From the NCBI RefSeq assembly GCF_009914755.1, contig NC_060935.1: 64,000 nt of DNA, one strand, 5' to 3'. A program made the translations under genes and the position numbers. Position 1 is the first letter of the stretch; every line of letters starts with the position of its first letter. The notes under the pieces are model-generated. The model saw only the letters and a list, made by a program, of their open reading frames with translations, searched no databases and was not told where the DNA came from. Positions 53,710 through 64,000 of this stretch are shown one piece after another. The DNA is from the human T2T-CHM13v2.0 reference genome, Homo sapiens.

Positions 53710-56700
53710 AGCATAGAGAGAATAAAGAGAGAACGAAGAATAAAAAAAGTTAAGAGGTTAAAATAAATATCTTAAGTTTTCTAAAGATACATTTAATTGT
53801 AGTTCCAAGAGGATGGGAAAGAAAGAATATGACAGATACAAACTAGAAAAGAGAGATGAATCTTTCCAAATACCTTCTGTTGATTCAAATAACTGTAAGA
53901 ATATCAAGCAACATAAATAAAAAGCTATGCGCATCTAGAAACATCGTTATGAACTTTAAACTACTAAAAATAATAGCAAAATCAAACAAAAAAAGTCAAC
54001 GAGAAGGGATAGACGTGAAAGAGAGATTATCTCCAGAGGTTGGATTATTAGATCATCAGTTAATTTCTCAACAGCAAAGATGAAATTCAAATACAGAGCT
54101 TTGATAACACCAAAGTGTTTAAAGTTCCCAATCTAGAATTTTACTTTCACCAAAACATACTTTCAAAAATGAAGAAAAATGAAGACATTTCAGAAAAGCA
54201 AAACCAGAAATGTTCATAAGAGTACACACTGAATTAAATTTTAAAAGATTGTTCTATAGTTAACACAAAAGAAGTTTTACATGAAAGAAGAAAGGAGGAG
54301 CAAAGTAAGTTGTAAAATTAGTAGGTAAATAAAAGATGAATAGCCACTACGTAAAATAATCTGAATGATTTGAGAAGGGGTTCCAGAGACAGAATTAAAA
54401 TACATGAGAAGAGAATGCATGTAAGTTAGTTAGCAGGGAAACATGAGCATTAACATACTTAAGATTGTCTTAGCTCTCAGGAGAAAAGTAAAGATGTATG
54501 TCAGTTTTAGGCATTCATGTTAACTATGTATGTCACTATTCCTAAGGAAACCAATACATAAATAAATAACCAAACAAACGATATTGTACTTCCATGACTA
54601 CCTGAGAGAAAAAATTAAAGATGAGGAAAAAATCATCAGTGAAAAATGTTAAGAAAATAGAAAATAAAGAAAACAGATTGAACTGGACACTTCTAAAATG
54701 CAAAGGAAAATGGTAGATACAAATTCAGTTATATTACTTATTATATTAAATGGAAATGGAATAAATGCTCAGACAAAATTACAAGGGATTTAGTCTGGAG
54801 TTTTTAAAAGTACACCTATTTTATTTGATAATTTAGAACATAAAGAATGAATATAGAAAGAGTAACAGTTAAAAGGTAAAAAATGTGAAGAATAGTTAAG
54901 AGAAAATTTATAGAATTAGGAGATACAAAATTAATTTTAAGGCAAATTGCATTATTAGAGATAGAAAATTTATTTCATAATTTAAGAAACATTAAAATGT
55001 GGTATAATAATTAAAATGATTGATATACTAGTATAAAAATATATAAAGCCACAACTAAGAAAACATAAGGAAATATAGACAAATTCTTAACATATTTGGA
55101 TATTTTAAAACACTTAGGAAATACAGAAAAAGCTGGCAGAAATCTATAAAGCAACGGTACATTTGGCACTCTTCAGTGAACAGCGTTTTATAGGATATCA
55201 AGCCATAAAAGTTTAAATTATGCATTCTTTTAATGCATGGACAGTAAGTGTTTAAAATGGGCTCCATTCTGGGTTACAAAGCAAGTTTCAACAAATTTGA
55301 AATGACTGGAATGATCAGAGTGTATTCTCTGACAACAATACTGTTAAGCTAGAAATCCATAATAAAAGCATAACTAGAAATGTCTGATACTCCTAGAATT
55401 TACAAAACATATTTCTAAATAATTCAAGGCTCAACTATGCAATACAAATGGAAATTATAAAATAATTTGAATGCAACAATTGGAATACTATACTACATTT
55501 TAACCCTTGTGGAATGCAGCTAAACCAGTATTTTGAGGTTTAGCTGCATTCCATAAGCGTTAAAATGTAGTAATACATTAGCTTGAAATGCCCAAATTAG
55601 ATAAGAAGGGCTAATCACTAACATTTTAACTATCATGAATTTACATAATGAACAGTAAAATGAATACACTGTCCCAATGTTGTTATGAAGTAAATAGTAA
55701 AGAGCAGAAATTAATGAGAAGAAACACACGCATACACACAGAATCACACACACATGCACCCAAACATACAGTAGCTCAACATATCAAAAAGTTAATTCTC
55801 TGTAAGAAATAATAAATTTGGCAACTTTTAGATGAAATCCATCAAAAAAATTTAATTATAACCAATAATAGAATTAAATGATTCTATTATGTACCAACAA
55901 CAGAATTGAGGGATATTCTTTGATGACATGGACATTAAAACAATAATAAAACTCACAATATAAATTCATATTTCAGTAAAATATGGGGAGAAGAATATTC
56001 AAAGAAGTTTTATTCTTAAAATACAAACACTGAAAACAACTCAAATGCCTATCAAGGGTAAAATGGATAGATAAATTATGGTATTTCTATAATAAATTAT
56101 CTACAAGTTAAAATTATGGCTATACACATCATGGGTACTTCTCCCAGACTTAATATTGAACAAATTAAACCAGGCACAAAAAGTACACATCACGTGATTT
56201 CATTTATATCAAGCTCAAAATTAGTCAAAGTTGATGATGAAGATAGAAAGCTGAATTGTGGTTACTATTAGGGGTATCAGCCCAATAGTGGCATATTGAA
56301 AACCAATGGGGCACTGGATTTGTTTTTCATCTTGTTCTGGGTGGTAATTACGTGAATATGTGCATAAGTTAAAATTCATTGTGTTGTATATTTAAGATTT
56401 ATGTACATTATAAATATATAACTCAAAGTATTTCAAAGTATTTCAATAAGAAAACATTATGGACAGATCTATGACAATAAATTTTAACAATACAAGACTA
56501 AATGTATAAATTTTCAGAAAAATATAACTTACCCAAATTCCCAAACTGACTTTAACCTGAGTTGTCTTGTGACTGCAAAATAATTCTAAAAATAAATGTT
56601 TACTACACCCCGCAAACAAATATCACCACTACAACATACATATGCACACACAGAATCACACACACCCAAAACAGACAGACTGAAATGGTATTGGCAAATA
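53710..56700 (+). mobile_element. Old L1 (ORF1 and partial ORF2), with a second L1 3' end at about 56020-56450
   Basis: tctagaattttactttcacc, gaagacattttcaga, gtgtattctctgacaacaat; 3'UTR motifs caaatgcctatcaagggtaaaatggataga. Confidence 0.75.
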
Positions 56701-57826
56701 CTTAGTATCTTCAGTAAAATAATTGATAAGGAACTAAAAGAAGGGAAGAGAGAAATAGAGGAGCTATCAAAATTGAGACAGGGTGATAATAAATAAACTG
56801 AAGGACATTGAAAATGACTGTTGTTGAATTAGCCAAGTGGCATAATAAAACTTTGTTGTTATATATATTTCTCTAAAATTTTCAATAATTCATAGTTTAT
56901 TAATAGATTTTGTAAATTATGCTATAAGTTTGTGTGTGTGAAATTCAAACAAGGAGATATATATTACATCTGGTGTTAACACCCACACTTGCTAACACAT
57001 GGCACAGGAAGTCAAAGACTTCATAAGAGGGCTTGGTAAGGGCCCTGGTTTTCTGTGAGCTGAAGAAGTATGTGTGTCAAACAGGGCTTCATTTACTGAA
57101 GATCTACAGGAGCTAGGAACAACTAGGTGATAGCTCTGTGACTCCATATTGATAGACATTCTGTTTTTCAGCTTTCTAATGTAAATGCTGGTCTTACATA
57201 GGTAGCATGTTTGAAGAGGAGGTAAGGGTCCATCATAGACAAGAAAATAGAGTAAAAGGTTAATTTTTTTCATTATCTCTCATTTATGAATTTTAAATTA
57301 TGTCTCACTAGGCTGTGAGACCCCAGGGACAAGGAGTATGTTGGCCACTTTTGCATACTTCCATTATTAGGAATATGTTATTATAATACAAACATGGTAT
57401 TTGCATTGCATTTGGTTGAATCCGTAGAAGTTACAATAGCCCAACTGAAATATATTTCTGTTGTTTTCATGACTGAAACATATGCATGAAATTAAACATG
57501 ATATGGTTGTTTTACATCTATTTTTATATATTTTGAATTCAGAATAGCTAATGCTTAGTTCTGATACCATACTTTTAGAATTTTTGTTGGATAGTTTTCA
57601 ACCACTGCAGCCTCGTTACAATCCTCAGGATCCTGAGAATCCTGTCAAAATTCTGACTTAGAATGTTCTAAAGGTATGTTTTTAAAATACTGCAGTATTA
57701 ATTTTGTGGGGCTATATAGTCTTTGAATGATTCTTTTGAAGGGAAGATGTTGTAATAATTCTATAGTTACTCAGTGCAATTGAGTTCTGAAAATTATTGT
57801 TGGTTTAGGAAGTTAAGCCACATTGC

Positions 57827-58201
57827 TGCTATGTTTTGAAGATTTGTTCCCCCTGTCTTGCCCCCACATGCACACATTTATATGTTGAAACCTTATTACA
57901 AAGGTGAAAGTATCAGGATGTTGGGCCTTTTGGGAGGTGATTCAGTCATAAGGGTGAAGTCCTCATGGATGGAATCAGTGCCCTCATGTAAGAGGCCCTA
58001 GGGAGTTACCTTATCCTTTCCTCCATGTGAGGACACAGTGAGAAGGCTTCCACTATGGAAACAGACCCTCATGGGACACAAAATCTGCCAATTCCTAAGT
58101 CTTGGACTTGTCAGCCTCCAGAACTGTGATACATAAATTTCTGTTATTATAAGCCACCCAGTTTATGGTATTTTGTTTAGCAGCCCAAATGGAGTAAGAC
58201 A
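57827..58201 (+). mobile_element. MLT1A-like solo LTR
   Basis: tgctatg...ccatgtgaggacacagtgagaagg...aagccacccagtttatggtattttg...gtaagaca. Confidence 0.88.
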
Positions 58202-60116
58202 TGGACTATATTTAAAGCAGTGCATTTTAAATGTAAGTCACATGATCTCTAACTTTAAAGCTCAGACACAGTCTCAGAGCTTTAATCAAACTGGAAGACA
58301 GAAGGGAGAGTTGCTGATGAAGGCTTAATTCAGGTCTATTGGCTTTGGGATATTGATTGTTTATAAGTTCTGCTATCATAAACTTGATGCTAACCAGTAA
58401 TGCTGGACTACATATGTGAGCTTGTAGTCTTACCACCTAGATACTTGCCTTCACATTTTAATTTTTTTCCATTCCAATTGTAATTTCCTATTTTATTTTG
58501 CATTGGCTGTGGGTTCCACCTCAGATGTGATTTCTTTGAAATATTTGAGTTGATGTCAGCCTCCCCTTTTCCTCATTCCATCACAGAAGTCCTCAAACAT
58601 CATCCAGAGACCCACTCAGTCAGCTTATCACAATCTGGAAAACAAACAAACAAAAAAATAAAAAAAATCCACACACAAAAAAGACTAACAAAAAAACCTT
58701 TTTTTCTTTTTTTTTTAAGGCTGTGAAAGAAGTAGATATATGTTACCACAAAGTAGCAACTTCCCAATCTAATATATCATGATTCCTCTGGGTATGGTTA
58801 ATTGAGAAAATAATAATCATGTTTTTCCCATAATTACCTGTTTTTCTTCTCCCTGCCCCACTCCCCACACCAACTTTTCTGGGAGAAAAAGGAAGAAACT
58901 TACCTTTTTATGTGGATATTTCCTGGATTGGGACAAGGTAGTTCTGTGCTCAGTGGAATAAGAAGCACTGCCAATACCTCTCTCTTCATTCTCACAATTC
59001 TCCGGAGTCAGAAAGGGAGAGTTTCTTGTGCTTCAAATTCTCTTTCCCCCTGACTCAAATTTTCTTTTCCTTGGCTCTGGCTAATTTTCTGGCTAAGCTT
59101 TAATAGAAAAATAGATACCTTTAAATAAGCATTAAAAAAAGCTATAATTTGAAGACTAGGATAGATTACTGATATGCACTTTCTCAAATCAACAGCTTGA
59201 CTACAATGTTATTGCAAATTTGATTTTGAATGTCAAAAACTGACTACTATTTTTCTCTATTTTCATTACTTCTTTAACAAATTTTGATGCATAGTCCAGA
59301 CAGGGATATTTTAATCAACTAACTACATGACATTTAGGTCATATACTCAAGAAGGACAAAAACGATAGTTATGTATATTATTCATGTATTTGAAAAACTG
59401 TCTCTGTTTTACCAAGACTGAAAATACAGCAGTCCATGAAACTTGCTCTATTTTACAGTCCACCAATCTGCTCACAGTAGAGTGCATGCCAAACATGCCT
59501 ATTTTTGAAACACACTGAATTTGGCCAATGGAAAATATAGCATAAGGGGAGTATCTTGAGAGTCAATTTTTTTACTGCATATTCATGGATAGGAAAGTTA
59601 AAAATGTGTTCAGTAAGAAGCTGTATTTTACTGAGCAGTCATACTCAGCATCTACTTACGTAGCCGATGAGTTTATGGTTGAATAAACATCTCAAATATT
59701 TACCTGACTTGACAGTGTCATCGATTCAAATTTCCAAGGTTTTCCTCATTTGCCTTGTATTTTTGTCTGCAAAGGTCATTTACTAGTAGATATGTAAGGT
59801 GACGTAATAATATATATAACTTAACAAGACTTTTCTTTATAGAGTCAGATATTAGGAAAACGTTTATTGTTTCCCGATTTAGGACTCAGTAACACAGATG
59901 TGGAAGCATATTCATATTTGTTCCTAGTAATCAATCTATTCTAAATGATTTGAGACACATTGGACTGTATTTGTATATGTCAAATAAGTCACTCTAATGT
60001 CAGGCAAATGTGTAACTATTTAACTATAAAAGTGGATGTGCAAAAAGCATGATTCTATATACTATATTCAGTATGTTATAAAACATAGATGTATATATAT
60101 TATATTTATCATAATA

Positions 60117-60868
60117 CAGTACTTTCCTCTTACCCACAGTTTCAGTTACCTGAAGTCAAATGTGGTCCAATACACAGACTGGAATAAGAGACATTGGAGA
60201 CTCCAAAAGGTGGGCAGGTGAGAGGGGGGTGAGGGATGAAGTATTATTAATTTGGTACAATCACGCCGCTATACTCCAGTCTGGGTAACAGAATGACCTT
60301 GTCTCAAAAAAATAACAATGCACACACAAAAACAAAGTCCAGACTCACCACTACACAATGACTCATGTAACACAACAACACTTGTACCCCTTAGTCCATA
60401 AAATTTTGTAACCCTAAGTCCAAAACAAATGTTGAAAAATAAGTATGTTTAAAAAGCAAATGTAGTCCTAAAAGATTAAGTGGAAAATTCCAGAAACAAG
60501 CAATTCATAAGTTTTAAATTGCATGTTGTTCTGAGTAGTATGATGAAATCTCACGTTATTCAGCTTTGTCCTGTCTAGAATATGAATCATCCCTTTCTTC
60601 AGTGTATTCATACTGTACATGCTATCCACCTGTTAGTAGATGAGAGAGATGACATTTACATAACATTTATCACTGCATAGTTATAATTTTTTATAACAAT
60701 TGTTTTTATAGTCTTTTATGTAACTAAATATTATCTATTTGTAGTTATTGCTATTAATGTCTTATTGTGACTAATAAACTTTATCAGAGGCATATATGTA
60801 TAGGAAACAGCATAGCATTTGCTAGGGGTCTTGTAACGTATCCCTTGTGGGTAAGGAAGGGCTATCAC
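60117..60868 (+). mobile_element. MER44-like (Tigger7-derived) element hosting an L1PB 3' end and an Alu fragment
   Basis: cagtac...gtttcagttacc; ggaaaattccagaaacaagcaattcataagttttaaattgc; end ggggtcttgtaacgtatcc. Confidence 0.85.
60171..60456 (+). mobile_element. L1PB-like 3'UTR with an inserted Alu 3' fragment (60261-60314)
   Basis: gacattggagactccaaaaggtggg...agactcaccactac...cacttgtacccc; TSD caaatgt(g/a)gtcc. Confidence 0.82.
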
Positions 60869-62605
60869 TTACATATATATATTATATATATATTCTGCAA
60901 TTAGAAAGATGAAATGTAATAAAACAAAAGTAGTTAGAATGGAAGAAAAAATCATTGTACCTCAATTTGTATTATTATTGCCTTATGTATCTGAATATTT
61001 TAAAATTCATTAATATGTCTCACACATTACAGGAATCTTATGAAATCTATGCAGAGGAAAGAAGGAAAGTAAGGGAGGGCGGGAAAGAACAAATAAACTA
61101 CTATAAGATTAAAAAGAAGAAAATATAAAGAGAGAGAAAAATAAAAGAGGCAGACACATGGAGCATTTAAAGAAGGCACTCCTTTTGAGAATTAGCCTAT
61201 AAGGAAATCAAATCTATGCCTTGGGTGTAATTAGCTGCTTGTCTTAAGCAGATCAACAAATGTGCAGTCATGCTGTACAAATTAAACAGAAGGTGATATT
61301 ATCATCGAATACTCTAGATGCAGAACTTGAGATAAAATTCAACAGTATGTATGTACAATATGCATACAAGATATTTTTCTTAAAAAAAGTTCTCCAATTT
61401 TTTGAAAGTTTCCTTAGGAAAATTTGTTTAATGTAATAACTCATGAAAAGAAATTGATAGAATAAAAATCAATATGTCTAAATAAGATATCAAACATCTA
61501 AAGAGAATAACCTATCACAAGTATGAGGTGTTGCAATTTAAAAGACATCGTTTATCTAAATTTAGCCAAGTTCATTAAAAAAAATTTAGTTAAGGAATAC
61601 ATTTTAAAACATAATTGAAAATTAAAATATAATTTCTCCCAGAGTTTACTGAAAAAGAAACTATTCTTCACCAATATTAAAAAAATGAGTCTAGAATTGG
61701 GACAGCAACTTGGATATCATTTATAATAAGAGAAATTCTCTCCTTTGGTTGTTAAATAATTTAGTCAGTGAGCTGAATAGAATTGCTTATTTTTGCTTGT
61801 AATTAGGGCAAAGAGTCCTGGTCAGTGGCCTGAAAAGCAAACTATGATTTAAAGACTGTTAAGTTAACTTTTAACTCTAATAAAATGAAATAATATTCCT
61901 GAAACCATAAGAAAATCTTCTGGAGAGACACTGACTTTATATGAGATGGAGATTTATCTATTACACTGCTCTGTCAGTTTGTATCCACAGGCAAATTTAC
62001 TGGAAACAGTGTTCGTTATCTCCTCTGAGCATAATAGTTCAGGTATGAGCAAAGCTGCTGGCTCTAGGCAGAACAGACAAGTGGTCCAACTTTGCCTGCC
62101 GTATTTCTTTCTGTGTTGTTCCCCAGAACTGATAATCATCTGTGTTTGTACAACTCATAGCACTCTTATTCTCTTTCTCTCTCTCTTACTTCTTTCTCTC
62201 TCTTTTTTTCGCCTCTCTCCATGATTTGCAAAAAAAAAAAATTGTTTTAAGACTATCACATATTTATCTCATCTGAATTACTCAGGGTTACCTAAAGTTT
62301 TAAGGCTGACTTCAGTGCAACATTTCTTTCATCTATTGGAGACCTAGAAATTGATCTTTCTTTCCCTCTTCTTTAACTTGATCACTATTTATTCTATTCC
62401 CAAGGGTTTCTGTTCTCTCAAGATTATAGGTTTGAATCTAAAAAATTTACAATTGTAACATATATTTTTCAAAGTTTTTATACTTTTATCCTTTGCATAT
62501 AATGAGATACCTAACAAATACAGTTCCAGATGGTATAGTAGGCAACTCAGAAATGTATAATCTCATGTAAGTAATTTATACTTTAAGTAATGTCATCTAA
62601 TTTAA

Positions 62606-62746
62606 CCCACTTATGCCTAATGTTCCATTATTGAAATACTAAGCATGTGGAAGTTATTTATAGCCTACTGCTCAAGGTCATCGCCAAAATCTGATTTTTT
62701 CACTCATGCAAAAAATCAAAAAATTGCAACCTCAGGCATAAATGGC
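62606..62746 (+). mobile_element. MER85 (piggyBac PGBD3-derived MITE)
   Basis: TTAA-cccacttatgcct...aggcataaatggc-ttTTAA; about 140 bp; internal ctactgctcaaggtcatcgccaa. Confidence 0.93.
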
Positions 62747-62829
62747 TTTTAAAGTGTTGCTGGTCTGTGTAGTTTTATATAAAAGAGTAAGTGAAGTGAG
62801 TGAGATGTAATTTAAAAAATGTAGAGTGC

Positions 62830-64000
62830 ATTGGGCTTCCAGTAGTGGCAATTCATCTACTGAAAATAGCTCTGACAGCTAGGAGATTTTATATATCCAG
62901 TGAAGGCCCTGGAAAGCTAACAGTAGTGGAAAATTAAAGGACTGTGATGTAAGAGAAAGATATCTATCATTTTTAGTATTTGGGACCACATTGCCCCTAA
63001 GGCATTGCAGAAGAATATCTGTGAGGTCAACAAGAAGGAAAGGAATGTTGACTGTCTTTTAGGCCTAACAGAACAAAAGTTAGAGTTGAAGGCCATTTAG
63101 GGAGAAGGTGACCAAAAAATTCCCTAGTACTTTGGGCAGGGTCCCCATAGAAATACATTATAGAATTAAAAAAGAGACACAAGTAGAACTACCCTCAAGG
63201 ACTGAAGCATAACTTTGCATTATTTTATTTCCTAAATTTAGATTCATGTGATCCAAGTGGCTAGTGTCTCTAGCCATCTGCTAGAAGTAAATATAAATTT
63301 TTTTCTGAAGAAAGATAAGAGTATACTTAGTCTCTAGTTATTTTTTCCCTAAATTTAAAATATGCAATGCCTATCACTGAAACAAAAATTATCAGGCATA
63401 TGAGGATAAGGTATGTGACCAAAATCCAAGAAAACACACAAATCACAAATCATCAGGATCGTTAAAGGATTATCAGACAGACACTTTAAAATTAATGTGA
63501 TTAATATGCTGATAGAAATAAAAGGAAATGTTAATAGCCTTGCCAGAGAATGGGAAACTATAAAGATTACTGAACTGAAAAATGTAATAATAATAAAATT
63601 TAAGATCTCAAGAGGTTTAACAGTTGTTAGATGCACGTGAAGAAGGAACTGGAAGATAGGTTATTAGAAAATATGAGGAATGAAGCATTAAGAGATAAAA
63701 TGGTAAAACAAAACACAGTAAAGATTATAAGATGCCTAGGGTATATAATATTTTAGAATTCTACCATACATGTGATTGGAGTTCTAGAGTATGACCTCAG
63801 ATGTGAAAGACAAGAAGAAAAGGGGCAAGGAGGAGGAGAGGAAGAGAAAAGAAAAGAAAGGAGGGAAGAAGAGGGGAGAGGAAAAGAGAAGAGAAAAAGA
63901 GAATAGAGGAAAGAGAATAGAAGGGAACAAAGCAGAATCAGTATTTGAAGAGATAATGGGTGAGAATGTTTTTAGAAGGATGAAAGATATCAAGCTATAG
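62830..64000 (+). mobile_element. Old L1 5'UTR and ORF1 start (runs off the window), with a GA-rich tract at 63810-63930
   Basis: gaactggaagataggttattagaaaatatg; catgtgattggagttctagag; tatttgaagagataatgggtgagaat. Confidence 0.75.

Noticed and set aside
57624-57637. Perfect 14-bp palindrome CTCAGGATCCTGAG
   Set aside because: About 64000/4^7, roughly 4, are expected by chance in a window this size.
59481-59500. p53-like site (perfect half-site AAACATGCCT)
   Set aside because: The two CATG cores are 9 bp apart rather than 10, so this is not a canonical full site.
63784-64000. Lys/Glu-rich and Phe/Ser-rich ORFs
   Set aside because: Translations of a GA-rich simple repeat within L1 ORF1.

Overview
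AT-rich, CpG-poor simian genomic DNA, most likely hominoid or human (AluY-type, THE1A, MER85 and L1PA3-type elements). No protein-coding gene, RNA gene, CpG island or CRISPR is supported. The ORF track is explained by antisense L1 frames, Alu frames, low-complexity sequence and broken Tigger1 transposase frames. Roughly half or more of the window is transposon-derived: old and young L1, Alus, MaLR LTRs (THE1/MST/MLT1), ERVL and ERV1 remnants, L2/MIR, and DNA transposons (near-full Tigger1, Tigger2a, MER44, MER20B, MER58A, MER5A, MER1B, MER85, a Ricksha end). Several elements are nested up to four deep. The most unusual structure is at about 46.07-49.39 kb: a patchwork of four segments matching sequence 1-2 kb downstream (three direct, one inverted), joined to an inverted L1 junction and a solo Ricksha end. 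It looks like a fossil template-switching or templated-insertion event, possibly coupled to L1 integration. Other points of interest are a 169-bp twin-primed L1 with a perfect TSD, an internally deleted ERV1 with a tRNA-Arg(CCG) primer site, an MSTA LTR inserted inside an AluJ, candidate conserved enhancers and one candidate 54-nt exon. Repeat family and subfamily names come from remembered consensus sequences, not a database search, and boundaries of old elements are approximate.
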